Assembly: GCA_040954595.2 (NCBI GenBank)
Contig: CM082584.2
Location: 8,819,146 to 8,883,145, forward strand
DNA length: 64,000 bases
From: Balanoglossus misakiensis
Taxonomy: Eukaryota; Animalia; Hemichordata
Direction: 5' to 3'
Position numbers and translations under genes: made by a program. Shown piece after piece: positions 1 through 14,485 of this stretch. The stretch's first letter is position 1; the number at the start of each line of letters is the position of its first letter. Below the pieces are notes generated by a model. That model saw only the letters and a list, made by a program, of their open reading frames with translations. It made no database searches and was not told the origin of the DNA.

Positions 1-3000
1 TGCCTGAATGGTTCAAAGTGATGATGGTAAAATTTGCAAGACTCCCATACTAGAGTTACTGCTAAGAAAGGTGTTTGCCTGGATAACATACAGCATGCTA
101 TACCAAGCAGTTCATACCCTTGCAGAGAGTATGACAATAATGTGGATTGAATACACACTATCAACATCGGAAAAAGACGCCTATCTGTTGTGTGTTCTCT
201 ACCTTCGCCATGAGTTTTCAGACAAAACTGATCCTAAACTTTTCAAAAAGTCAATGTAACTTTGAGAAAAAGGTAACAAAAAGCTCTCAATAAGCTGTAT
301 TATATGATGTGTGATGTATCGGGCACTACGTTGACTTGCACGAGGCACTTCAGAACACAATCTGCCTGAAAAGTTCTTCTGCTATCTAAAATCGTCTTGG
401 GACAACAATGCTGTTGACTTAGCAGCTCTTTCAAATACTGTCTCAGAAAACAATTTGGGCGAAAATGGCCCTGTCGGACAAACACTGACTCAACAGACTA
501 TTTGAACTAGCGACAATCAAACATCAATTAACCTCTGGCTGATAACACCACCACTAGCTTCTGCATGATACAAACAGGACACACCTGTCTAGCAGCCCAG
601 GACACACCCGCCTTCATTTGCTAGACAGATCAGAGCTGAAGTATATTCATCAGACGAATTGGTAGAGTCGTTCACATTCTATTTCAAAATAGACGACTTT
701 ATTGCTGACATTTTTCAATACTGTGTTAAGTGAATACATTCAACACACAAAATACCAATCAACAATCCCGTTGTTGGACATTTCTGTGAAGTCTCATGTT
801 GATGTTTACACTTCAAATTTAAACAAGTCAATCAGGGTTATTTTGAAATGATCTTAAAATGACACCCGTCCTTGATTATTTCTCCGTCCCCACTGGCTTG
901 CAAGAAATCAAGGAATCAATGAATGGGAAGCAAACTGGCCCTGAAACGAGAGTTTTTTTCTCAGGGTTTTTTCGGACAACCCCATAAGATTGATACATGA
1001 CTTGCATAGGTTGAATGCCAGCCCAAGTGGAGCATGCAGTCAATGGCTTTGGCTGAAATGTGACGGGTTCGCTTGTGCATGCTACTTATGAACTGACTGT
1101 GCCACAGCCAAACAATCCTCACGGACTAGTATGCCAACTATTCCACCGCCCCCCCCCCCCCCCCCCCCATTCATATGCACCCGCAAAAGCTAAACACTCG
1201 CTCAGAAAAAAACACGCTTGTTTGTCCTCAGTCCAGATATGTCACAGATCAGTGATGTTAATTTGTTGATTGCGGAATTATTTGCCAATTGCACATTAAT
1301 TCTGTCCCTGATTGCCATATACAAGGGAAATACAGATAAGATTACTAGGAGACCAGACCAGACCCAAAGAACTTATGAATTGCGTAATACTACAAAGCAA
1401 GTCTTTTAAATTCTGTCCCTGATTCTAATGATAATACAATTCTCTGTTTCCAGTGAATTGCCTAAGGAGAGAACATCGCACAGACAAGGACAAGCTTTTT
1501 TAACAAGCTCTCATTTCGGTACAACACTTTCTCCCACCAGAAAATGTAGAACCGACCAAAATCAACAGGTGGGCAGTCGGATCAGGGGTCAAATGTCAAC
1601 AGTTTAAAAAAGCCTGGCATTACGCCGATCTGCCACTAGACTTTTATAGAACAAGAATAAAATAAGACTTATTAAAAATTACAAGAATGATGAAGAAATG
1701 AAAGTGGTGATACTAAATGTCTTCAATCCGAAGAACTTTTACTCTGGCGAGTAAATACTAGTGATAGATACTACATGCTGTGTTTTAAAAGGTTATAGTT
1801 TGAAATCGTATCTTGCATACTATTAGTAAGTGCTGTCAACGTTTAAAAAGGTGTCATTCTCTACCGAGGAATTTCAAAATTTGTTAACCTTTGCTTCGGG
1901 TCGCTGGTCAGGTATGGAAAGCGTGGAATACCTGTTGAGACAGGTGTGAAATTTCATAGACAAGCCGGCAATTGAAAACAGCTACATTGACTCTCTATAG
2001 CCCTGGGTGCGATACTCTATGATGTACAGTCTATGACGACAACTGGTGACGACAACGCGGTACCATTGAATGGCAAAAAGAGATATAGGTTAACACACAA
2101 CACCCGGCCTAACACTGCGAAAACACTTAAAAGCATGGGTGTTGATGTGTGAAATTGCTCTATAAGGAAGACCTGGATTGGCTTTTATGACCATTCTCTT
2201 ATTAATTTATTACATTTCAACAAATGAGAAATTGCTACTGATGTTATCATACCATATTTTAAAGCAGTTTTACGTTTAATCCAGAGGCACCACAGTTCTG
2301 TGCAGAGGACCGTACTTGATGCCTTTTGAATGAGGCCTCACACACGCACACCCAGAGTGTCTGTAGAGTTTGTGGAACTGAAACAAACTGATTGTATAGG
2401 CCCGAACAACTGGACAAATAAAGACATTGTGGATTTACCCAAACAGAAATCAATCCAATTTGAGTAATAATATTCTAGGTTAGAAGGTGTGTAAAGCTTA
2501 CAGCACAATGAGTACTTCAATCCAAGCAGCAAATTTGTGCTGTAGTCACCCCTAATCCTCATGTTTGTTACAAAGTGTTTCCAGCAAGTGACAATTACCC
2601 CCTGAAAAAACTTGGCAGCGTACTGTGGCAGAGTGAACAACGCTCCTTCGTTGATGGTGCCTGAATGGGATCTGTCATATTTGACTAACAAAATGCCGTG
2701 TTCGCACACGGTAAAGGTGTTGCGAGTCCAATTAATCACAGCTCTGGATTTCCAGCGGCGATACCGGTCACACTAACACCTGTTAGTGATGGAATGCTTT
2801 GCATGCTCAGTCAAGAAGCACAGCCTAATACAGACACACACAAAGAGGAAGAAAAAGAGAGAAGAACGGGAAAAAAAACATGGAAAATCCAGACCCTGAT
2901 TTCCAAATGGGAATGGGAATGGGAATCAACAACTGGATCCTCTGTGTCTTCAACATAAGAGATGACATCCACATTGATACATGATGGTTTACATGTATGG

Positions 3001-6000
3001 CATTGTAACTAGTAGTAGTACAGAGATGACCTGAACTTACTTATCAAATAAAACATTAACTTGGATGAGATGTGCCATTAAAGTTCTGTCTATATACAGT
3101 TTGTGAACTAGTACATGAGAGCAAGTGAAAGCTATATTCAAGTGTTTTGACATCTGACGACACCAACGTGAAAACACAACCTCAAATGAAGTGTTTGTGT
3201 GGCATCCAAATTCTCTCCATCGGACGATGAACTCAAAATTAACACTTTCTGGTTCCAGATGATTGCGAAGTCTGTGAGGCAGGTGATGCGGTAACTCTTG
3301 TCTCTGTTGCCAAGCACTTATGAAAGGTGTGTTGAATTACCGGTGAACATAAACGTTCCAGTGTTTTACCTGGCTACCTGAGCTTCGTAAACCAAGGCTG
3401 GCTTGAAGCCAGGGAATGTCAGTGGCTAAATTTGGCTAAGGAAAATAAACCAAATAAACAACACACAAGCCTGGTTGTTTTTCCATAGTTCACCTGTTCT
3501 CTTGCTCAGAAAAACAGGGACATTAAAGATGTACAATAATATTACGTTGAGAACATCTTTAATTGTATCATCATCATTTGTTAAACCCCACCGTTTTCAG
3601 TAAAGTGGACCAACCCATTGAATGAAATTTGGGGGGGGGGGGGGTGCTGACGGTACAAATTAAAAGTCGTAAACATACAGAAATCCGAACCCCAAACATA
3701 TCTATGCAAGTAATGCATACATTGATTTCTTGTGCAAGGGATAATTGGCAAATACATTACATTTGTAAGTTCTTATGTGTCAATCAATGAACACCAAGTT
3801 CTAATGTTATCACTTCTTCATAATCTTCCTCACAAAAAAACGTGGAAATGCAAGAAATGTCAACAACCAGATCATTTCCACAAACCAGTGTCTTAACCAC
3901 CCACAGGTGCGAAACCACAAGGTATCTAAAACCTGAGATGATGTTTACAAACAGCCCTATTACCTGACAACTTCCATGAACTGACATAACCTAAAACATT
4001 TAGCCAAACAGGCGATTAGTCTAGACAGGATGTCATACACAAAACTATAAAACTTTATTTGGCTGATAATGGAAATTCAAGATGGATAGTCTTTAAAGTT
4101 TTTACGGCATCACATCTATCTACTTTCAGATGCAAATGAAGTAGTTTTACGTCTTATGCATCACAATCATTTTTTCGAGTGTGAACAGAATATGTCCCAT
4201 CTCCTCCCTGTGAGTTCAAAGGACTTTGCAAACGGAATAAGTTCCTCACAGCACACTCTGTAGAGTTGGAAGGAATTTCTGATACTGGAGTGAGAGAAAC
4301 ACACAAGAAAATGTGATAAGCACAGTAAGGACAACAATCGGAACAGGTAAACGCGGTGACCCCATAAGGCGATCTGATCACAACACAACAATGTTGGGGG
4401 ATATTACGTTCCCGGCTGAAATCCAAGTCTTGTACCCTGCATTCGTTGCGTCCAAGCAAACAGAACTCTAAGATTTACCTGGCATTGGGCAGTTGTGTGT
4501 ACATGAGTGTGCCTAGATACCATTGCTGGGAATTAGCCCTTGCGTGAACCAGCAACGAAGCATGCATGCACATATCGCTTAGAGGCAGTTCTTTCGAACA
4601 TGGGCAGCTAATTTACGATCGCTGAAATGCCAGTGTCATGTCATTTACGTCATACCTGTAGTGGCATTTGTTAACATGCCAATAAATGTTCTGGCCATCA
4701 GCACTTACTTTCTCTCGGGGCTTCTGACATGACAAATTACAGCGACTTTACTTGACCGGCGGCGAGAGATAAACTTAATTAGAGAGTCCCGGGGTTTAGT
4801 CCAGAGATGATCGATGGAGGTTTTAATCTCATTACCTTGTACTTGTTCCTAGGGACATCCGCAAAATCTCTTGATCAACTGCAATACTGCAGCCATTCCT
4901 TTGTTTATTGAAATCATTTGATGTAATTGAGCACTCAGCTGTGAAAACTCAGACAGAACAGAAATCTACAATTGTATAGATTTGTACAGAAAAGAATGCT
5001 GATAATCTTGTGAGTCCTCTAACAAGCTGAAGCTTGTTTGATATAACAGGGTTCATTATGGGTTCACTACCATGCTCTAGATGCAACATAAGGGTTGTAC
5101 GTGCATACATGGGGGTAGTAGAGCAAATTGTGCAAACATACTTTATACTTGAATGTCTACATTTTTTTTGGTCTTTTCTCTGTCATTCCACAAGGCTGCC
5201 GACAACTTACGAAACACAGCAAGGTCAGTGACAGAGGAAGGGTCTTGGTGAAGAAATTGCATAGAATGGATATTCCAAGGAATTTCCACCAATACTACCA
5301 TTTGATTTGAATTGAGAGATCATGAAATGTGTCTGCAGTATGGGTAAATTATTGGCTTGAGTCAGAATTTTGCTTTTTGTGTATTGTGCATTTCATGTCA
5401 TTATTCAATTCAGGGATCCACAGGACCATTTTATTTCATCATTCCATGTGATCGTTCAGGAATCGATCAGGGTCATCCTAACCTTGCCGCGGTTAGACCT
5501 TGATTTCATCATCCACTCCAGGACACAGACCTTGGACGACTGCTTGTCACTGAATAGACATGACAAAAGACACGAGAATCCACAACAATGTTCCAAAACA
5601 CACATTTAGAGACTGAGAGCTCTCTTAACCCTCCCTTTTCACCGACATTCCAGACTAATTGAACACTCTCCTTTCTCTGAAAGGGACAGGACACACTTTT
5701 CCTGACTCGACTTGTGAAAGGCATTCTTTTCTGGCAAGTAGCTGGAGAACTAATAGTAAGTACCAGTGTGCTTTCACGGGGACACAACACCACTGCCAGC
5801 ATTCCGGCTTTAGTGGTGTTGACTGGCAACAGGCGCGATGACGTGCGCCATCAAAACATTGACTCCCGGTTTTTCGAGTGGGTATTTGTTTTAGAGGAAA
5901 GCCAAGCCCCATTCAAAGGGATGTAAACACGGAGACCGTGATATCAAAAGCCTTTCAATCTCGGAGCTAAACCGTGCATGATAATAAAGTCCCCACCACC

Positions 6001-6683
6001 GCATCCTTCTCGGTACGCTGTTCTGACCCTAATTAAAACGCATGTTTGGTGTAATTTAAGAATCTGTAACCGACAATGACGACATTCCTCAAATTAATAC
6101 GGCAATTGGAAACTCCAGACTTCGCCATTCAAACTGCAGCGACCCAGAAACAGGTGATTTGGGCGTAGACCCTGCCTTCTGGCCTATTCTCACCTCGCCA
6201 CACACTTTATTATGTCGGATATTTCCACGCTTTCATTCTCACTGTCTTGTTGCATCGACATCTGAACTCAATCAAGCTGCTATGCTGCTTGCATTTGCAA
6301 TGCTCTGATGCAAAACATCAGGCAGTTTTAACCGACTTAGAGACCTGAACACAAGGGATACTATTTTTTCTGGTTTGTATCATGCTGACATGTTTTGTCA
6401 GAGACTACGCTAATCTGGCTGTGACTAAAGAAGGATTTAGTTACAACAGAGAGGTCGGGATTTCCCGGCTATTAGGTAGATACTTCCCTGAAGAAAGCTT
6501 GATACATTTAAGAACAATGTGAATTAATTTATCCACAAAAAAACTTGCAGTCTATAATCACCAAAGGAGGGTGTGGTTGAAGACTCTTTCCTGAATTTAT
6601 CCACAAAACTCAAGAGTGCTACTCTCGATGTTAGCTGATCTTCTAAGGGTGGGAGGGACTACATGGTTACATGTATGTACAGA

Positions 6684-6739
6684 TTTAGGGTGGGGTTTCA
6701 GTACAGCTGCATTTAGGGTGGGGTTTCAATACAGTTGTA
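6684..6739. repeat. 28-bp tandem duplication
   Basis: TTTAGGGTGGGGTTTCAGTACAGCTGCA / TTTAGGGTGGGGTTTCAATACAGTTGTA. Confidence 0.8.
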
Positions 6740-9700
6740 TTATTATTTTTAAAGTAGAATGGCATTACCTAAAGATCTACCGAATTCTAAGAAACGGTAG
6801 CCACTAACACAATTAGCTGTAGCAACACGGAAGTGAGGACTCTATTTCTGTTGCTGCTTTGGGGAATTAACAGAAGTCAAGAAACCACTGCCTTAGAGCT
6901 CCTTGTTCTACTTCCTTCCCTTCGGTGAAATAAAAAGCTCACACAGAAATAACAAGTTGATCAGATTTGCAAAACACTGCCGGATATGGCAAGAAGCCAG
7001 TTGACACTTCTGTCTTCTCTTCCGATGCATTTCAGATTTTAAAACCTTTAGCAATTTTCTGTTTTGCAAAGCACCGGGTATACATTGACTCTTTTCCAAC
7101 ATCCATGCAAATGTGCACCTGCCAATTTCACTATCAATGCCATTTTCCAAGCACTGATAGTGAAGATGGCGCAGAAGAGAAATATCTAAAAACCAGACTC
7201 GGAAACACAGTCTGTGTTATTAATCTAGTTTTGTATCTCCATTAGGAACCAGTCAGTTTAAGGGCGCTGCCTAATCTACACAGCAGGTGCAGTGGCCATG
7301 ATCAATCTAATTTTGATGATATTCCAGCACCAAGCGAGAGGGCAGATTGATTGATGAAGATGGCACTGCATTAAAAACAACGACCAAACCCCTGACAAAA
7401 CGAGGCAATTTGTACCAAAGTTAATCTCTGTAAGTGTAAAAATTCAGTCCTGTATTTGGAAAAAAAATTGAATTTCGGGGCCCGAATGACTGCACACCTG
7501 CGTCAACAAAGAACCCCAACCCAAGGTGAAATGATGTAATTTTACACTCCGCGACAAGGTAATGCATACATCATTAAATTATTAGCTCGAAGAGAGGCCA
7601 GTCATACAAGAACGGGGATAACCAGTGAAACAAACATTGCCATGGTAACATTCTGCTCAATTGACTTTTCCAATCAGTACATCCGCTGATGTCAAACTAA
7701 AGCACAAGCGATCTGGAAACGCGAAGGGTGCAGGTCAACTAGAGTTCAGAAAAGCTATCAAATGCAATCAGCGGCCAAGCTAGGCAGAGAATCTTTCAAA
7801 ATCTCATTTATTATAATTACCCGGCATTACTGCACAAACTCATTTGCTATAACTTAAGTGATCTACGTGTCTTTGTAGGGATTGACAGACATATTTTTCA
7901 TTTATAGAGATTACCCATATTAGCCGTTTGTAGTCAGCGGAATGAAAATGCAACTCCAGAAGTGCATGAAGGGAAAGTTTATGAGATTTAAATCCATCTT
8001 ACGCAGGAAGTGAGATTGTGTTTCTTCCTGAAACTGAGTTTGTAAATTGGAATTTATGCCGGAACGTTTATGACGTCAGATTAAAATCTCGGGCTTCTGA
8101 GAAACAGATAATAATTTCAGATCTTCAATCCACGCTCTAAGACATCAATATGAATACAGTGTTCTTACTGATGGTTGATTGATGTTCCAGTGATAACTAG
8201 ATTTCAAACATCTCAACTTTACTGACTGGACTGCCTAAACCTTTGATTCATTCAGTGTTTTCTATGGAAAAATGCCACCAAGAAATGACAACTACATATT
8301 TGATTTTCAATACTGCCCTGTTTTGGCTGAAAGTTCAGTACAGGCATAAATGCACAATGACATCTTGTTTGATTTTCTCCGATCTGATGGGTGAGATAAT
8401 ATACATCATTAGACATTCATGGGTTTCCATAATAAGAAGTAGGTATTGACAGAGCTCCACAAAGGGCTATGAATAAGCCAAACTCTGGAGACAATGCCTA
8501 GTTTGGGTTTAATTGACTGTGAAGTAATACACCCTAATCAAGTCAACAACAGACGGTGCCTTTTCTTGAAGTGGAATTCAACGGGCGAATGGGCCATGAA
8601 TGGGTGGGTTTTCTCAGCAAGATTATCCCCTACTACAGTTATTTTCCGACGACTCTCCCCTGGCTTTGCTTTCCTAATTGACGTCTTTTAATGGCTGAAA
8701 ATCCTGAATTCTGAATTGTTCAACGTGGATGGCCCATTGTAGTGTTTGAAATCCTGCCACCAGAAAGGGTCTTGGCAGAGTTTAACTGTGTGTGTTCGCT
8801 GCATCAAAAGTCTCTCACTTTCCCTCTCTCCAATACATCACTGCACACTCCATAACAAAGTTTCAATCTGATTGCCTATGATAGGCATCTGACAGCTCAT
8901 TAAACAAATTAGAAATTATGAAAGATAGTCAGGTGGTCGTCAAACTATTAATTAACCAAGAACAAACTGAAACTGAAATGAAAATCAGTTAGTTATGTGT
9001 ACAGCTATCAAAAAAATAATTAGTCACCACTGTGTCTGTCCCATGAGTGAACATCTCATCATGTACCTCTGCCATTTGATCTGTGATTGGGGCGGACATA
9101 TCGCTACATTATGTGTTGTCACTTGCATGTTTGCCAGTTTTTGCTACTAACACGACTTTATAGTGGCACTTCAAGTGCTGGGCCAGTTGAGTGATTGCAC
9201 ACACGTGACACAACTACCCAGACAAGCGGCTGGCACCAAAAACACCCATTCAGACGCGCAAAATGTCTGCAATCAGAACAATGTACTTGACAGAGGTTGT
9301 TTTGACGGTACTGCCTCCCGAGTTCCGAAACCACCAACATTGTAAAAAAAAAACGCATCAAAAGCAGTTTTGATTTGTCTCCGGCTGAAGAGCAGTAAAG
9401 AACCCCCCAAGTCAATGGTGTCCATTGCAGGCCTGCCCACCCAACAATGAGAGCCAGGCAATTACCAACAGGAGGAACTGACCCTTCACGCACGGCATAC
9501 CACCTTGCGCGCCCGGTACGGCCAAAGGGTGCTGCACTGAACTGGGCTATTAACACACCTGGATAAAGGCTACGACTAAGTTGTGTTTACCCCTTTTATA
9601 TCTCTTTTTTTATAACCCGTTCTGTGCAGACAATTGCTTGAGAGCTTCGCTTGTGTCTCAAGACTTGACAAGGGTGGTGAATGCATAATTCTTATTGATG

Positions 9701-11608
9701 GTCTCATCACCCCACTGCGCCACACAGACGTAGACAGCTTGTATGTGGGTGTCCCACTCAAAGACAACACATGCCCTGTAATTACCCTCTTTAAACGGGG
9801 CTCTGATAAATCATATTTCTGAATGCTTATCTTCGAGGACTTGGTCGGCTGGCCCACTTGAAAATTAAATAGGTCACTTCAAGCTCTGGTGGGCGAGCAG
9901 AAGTTATTGATGTCCTTTATGGAGTGGCCCAATTCAAGGGGTCACTTTGGACAAATACGCCATGAAAAATTTGTGACAACACATCCTTCACCTGGCAAAA
10001 AATGGCACAGTTTCAGTGCACAGTAACTGTCTCATATGCACCACAGCCACCAAAAAAATTACCGGAATGATCCAAAATATGGTGGTCAAAAGAAGGGGTA
10101 CGGGACTCAAATTATGTTGTTGATCACTACGCTAATAACTAACTGGGAACAGCCTCTACCAGTCCAAGGAGGCAACATCAAAACTGTATCAATTTCTGTA
10201 AACGTTTTCTGATTGGCCAGAACGGTTGAATACAAGTCATTTCCTTCTTAAAAGGCAATGGGATTTTTCAAAACATATACATTACACTAATTTATAATCG
10301 TCTAGACCCTGAACCAATACAAACTTTTACTCCCAATGTACACAAACTTTATTTCCATTTTAACAAAACCAAACAGTCAAAAGAGTAGCTGTTACGAGAA
10401 GCCAGACAAAAACATGTAAACTTCCTAATAAATCTGTCCACTTTACAACTACCATGAATAAAAAGAACAATATTTACTTCTCCCTTCAACATTTTATTTC
10501 ACTCCAGTACACCAAGCCCAGCGCTGTTAGTCACAAATGAACCCGCCAGACACAAAAAAGTTCAGAGACCACCTCTTTTCCTTATTGCAAAAACATCTCA
10601 CACAGAGGTTTGTTTAACAAGTACACGTCTCTCGCATAAAACTTTCATCTACAACCACAACGGTGCATTTCAAAGAAGAGAAAACCGTACGTAATCAAAT
10701 CTCTCCCATAAAATGCAGCCGAGAACAAATTCAAACATTTGCCGAGGAACAACCATGCATGCAAAAGACCCTCAACGCCGTGCAAGTAATAGGTATTACA
10801 TAGTCCGTGCAGGTCCCACTGCTAATTAGGCAAGGATGTGCAGGTATGTGCGAAATGATTTACAACGCCAGTTTCGGGGGGACACTGGGCATGGTTTTTA
10901 CGAGATCTTACACAGCTGAGTTAAGCCGGGGACAGCGTCATTAAGCTGAGCAATTGCCACTCGGCTGGTGAGACAATAACCGTTTGTAAATCTTCAGTCT
11001 TTCGCCAGGGGCTTTTAACAAAGTACACAGTTGTTGTTGCCAAACTCATTCACATGGGCAGCAGGGAATAGGAGTTGACACAAGGATTCACCCTGCTATT
11101 TGCCTTCTTATACATTCCACAGCCGATGTATTGAGGAGAAATTAAGACAGAGCAAATTCTTGAAATTCTCTCAAACTGGCAGATTACAAAGGAAACCAAT
11201 GATAGAGGAATGTTCTTGTTCCGCGCCAAACTTTTGTTTTACTGGAAACACGTATATTTGATCATTGTGCACTTACGAAAACACGGATGCCGTATTTAGA
11301 AAGGTGTTTCACTCCATTCCGGGGGTGAAAAATCAACAATTTACAATACTCTTTTGTCAGAACGTGTTCCCTCAACCCCAAAAGAGTTTGTTTAGAAAAA
11401 TTCTTCCACGCTGGAAAATTTGTTTAAGAGACACGGGACAGGAGTTTTGAATTCCAAGTTTTACGTCAGACTGCTTGTTTGGAAGAAACCACTGACCAAC
11501 AATCTACCAGTTTTGTCACCATGGATACAGCAAATTTAGATGTAACACGCAATGTCATTTCTCTTTGCCTTCTGTGTGAAATAAAGTTTTTATCTCTGAT
11601 GAACTTAC

Positions 11609-14485
11609 ATGTGTCGCTCTCTTGCCAAACTCAATCCATCGGACAGAACCAAAGTTGGTAGACTCGGCACAGTTGAATCCATGGTTGAAACCCGAATGGT
11701 ATCCATACGGAAATGTGATCATGAACTCTCCAGCTTCTTGTGTTATCTGAAGAAGGCAATGGAAACAATGGTTAAATCAGAAAGCCCTAACTTTGCTGTG
11801 AAGACAAAGATTTATACAAGTGGGTGAACATTGCCTAACCAAACACCATCTACAGCCCGGAGGATGCAGTTGCCTAACTCAGCTAAGTATTCTCATTTGC
11901 ATAATATATAAATGCTTGTTCTGTCAAAAGAGGGCTCACTTCACAAGAAGACGCACAGACCAAACTAGGCTCAGCCAGATGCCCTCATCAGACGTTGTTC
12001 TCTCAGTCAATGGAAACCCGTTCATGGTACACTACACAGAATAGGTTACAGGTGATAGTGAAGATCTCTGGCAGTTCAATGAAGAGGTCAGCATTATGAA
12101 GAAGGTAACATTCTCCACAGTCACTGTGTCTATCTGGTGTGTGCACCTAGCTTTTGCATTGCATTCGAAAATAGAACAAGAGACTGGGAACGGACAACTG
12201 ACACAGTGACTGTCCAAGGATTAGACTGATATCAATGTTCATGAACGAGTCTGACAGAATGCATGAGTTTTCATACAAGTCTGCGATGTACATTGTGCTC
12301 AAGATATTTTTGCTACACTTGCAAACTGACATGCTGGTCTTTTGGTTCATGCCACTGCCACTGAACAACAACTGTGAAAGTTCTTGTATAGACTTTATGT
12401 CATAAACAGTTTGAACATGCACACTGATTGACTGTGATGCTTCGGAGCAGTATAAACTATAATTTACTTATAAGAGGAAAACAAGCTTACCTTATTGAAT
12501 GGAATTGAATACTGTTTCAGTATGTGTGGAGAGATGAGGGTCATCTTATGTCGTAAGAAATTCGAACAGCCTTGAAAACTACTTGGAAAGAAACCTGTGA
12601 ATATTCAAAAGGTGGGAAAATCTAAAATGTTAGCCGTCTTCGGATGTGACCACATAGTGAATTATCAAACAGTTTACCTTTAACCCTTTCACCCCTAGTT
12701 CCCGCTATACTGGTCCAACCTTACCATAGAAAACAATGGGTTTGGACTGAAGGGAGGGGTATTTGTTTAAACCATGTGTATGTTTTAATTATTCACTGCC
12801 TCTTACCTGCAGCTAGTCTTTCCAGTCTCTTTCCATGTTCTGGTGGAATGGCATACCTGTGATGAGGAAATTACTGGATTATTATCAGTTCCAAAGTGAG
12901 AGAATGGAATAGCACCCAACAAGCGCAGATATGTTAATGTCGGTATTCAGGGATGTTCATACAAGGTATGTAATTCTCAATACAGAATCAAGTCCAACAC
13001 TAGTGCATGTCCTACAAAGTTTCCATGTCTAGAAGGCTACTGTACAATTTAGACTTAGGCAACCCTGAAACAACTTACCATGACTTGGGTGCCCCAAAGT
13101 GTAGGTAGTTGATGCTGTACAGATCCATGTCTTCGGTGTGCCAAGCAAAGGTAGTCTTCCACATTCCAAAATACAGATACGCCGTGTTCACGCCTTCGAT
13201 CTTGATGCCTTGCTTCTCTTCCACGATGTCCAGAACAGTGTTCAGGGAATTGATATTCCAGATGTGCTGATCGGTGTCGGTGACAGAGCCGGAGATGTCG
13301 GCTCCGTAGATAGGAGAATTGTAGGTGATATTCTTCCAGTACTTCCGCTCTAAGTCATCGAAGTCCGTGTGTCTGGGTGTCTTGTATCTGACGAGCAAAA
13401 TGCAACAAACAGTTTGATTATACTGGGGGGAGAGTGTCCTGTACTAGTCCAGGATCAACTTAGCGGACACATCCCTCGGTGTAGGCAGACATAGATGGAT
13501 GCATCTAAGTGGGGGTAATCATGACGTGAATGACGAGACTGCATCCATAGGGACTAAAAGGCCATTCATGGCTACCTGCTAAGACTTACCTTCCACACCA
13601 AACTGATGCTGACATTGTAATACACTGAATCAAAGGAATGTGATATTTTGATTACAGGACCTATCAGACACCATTCACTCACTGACAGGCTACAACACAG
13701 CAAGATGTAGCAGCATGAGTAAATAGGGCCACAAGAACTCTCCAACCACAAATGTCATTCTGCTTCAAGTCTGCACGCCTTCTTACCTGTCGCTCTCCGC
13801 AAGCGCTTGAAACTCTGCCACTGTCATCGGCTTCTTCTGGATGTTGTACTGAGTGAACAGACCCTGGCTGCCACTCACAAACTGAGAGATGGGAGCTGGT
13901 ATGGTGATATCCTGCACTGGTTCATAACTTCTGGCAGGAATGTATTCCTTTGGTGGAATAACCTGTAGTGGGGAGGGACAATGGTGTCAGCAGATACGAG
14001 TTGTACTGAGTTGGTATGATCAGACTATGAAATCTTTTTTGTCAATTCCTGAGAAACATACCTGGTGTTGGCAATGCTGGTGGCCAGTCACGATATGCCT
14101 AGTACTTTTTGGTAGCGTCTGAGATGCAGTGTCTGAGATGTATGTCAGGAGTTGCCAGTTGTACTTCAAGCATCCTACAGCACATGATGTAGTATACTTG
14201 GATAAGTACCATAAGCAGTGCCTGACTAACACATCAGAGGCTGATCAGTATGTACTTACAGCAGCTGCATACAGTTTTTATTGGCAGCCCAAAGCTACAT
14301 GTCAGACACTACCAAGAGGACTAAAATCATATTGTCTTAGGGGATTACATTACCTTTGCAAGTCCCGCTTTGTGAGCTCCCTGCGATTCAATATACTCAA
14401 TGTAACCACTGAAGTCCTTCATCTCCTCCAGTGTTGGTCTGAAGACCATAATTTGGGGCACAGAGGATGACCCCTGAGACGCCAT
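11609..14485 (-). CDS. KDM4: Lysine-specific histone demethylase KDM4 (JMJD2) family, 5' part (JmjN + JmjC); remainder lies beyond the left window edge
   Basis: Six GT-AG exons in consistent phase: 14485-14354 ([44 protein letters not shown], JmjN), 13962-13787 (VIPPKEY...[11 protein letters not shown]), 13387-13079 (LERKYWKN...[32 protein letters not shown]), 12856-12807, 12594-12491 ([14 protein letters not shown]), 11746-11609 ([32 protein letters not shown]). The Fe(II) ligands H-x-E...H and the 2-OG lysine are intact. Confidence 0.96.
12680..12760. mobile_element. Possible TTAA-CCC (piggyBac-type) MITE remnant
   Basis: Starts TTAACCCTTT and contains the inverted segments GGTCCAA..TTGGAC and CCAT..ATGG. 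The right end is degenerate. Confidence 0.3.

Noticed and set aside
8-11450. Nested gene within the KDM4 intron (e.g. ORFs 2338-2739, 9158-9556)
   Set aside because: No recognisable motifs, no exon chain, and mostly non-ATG starts.
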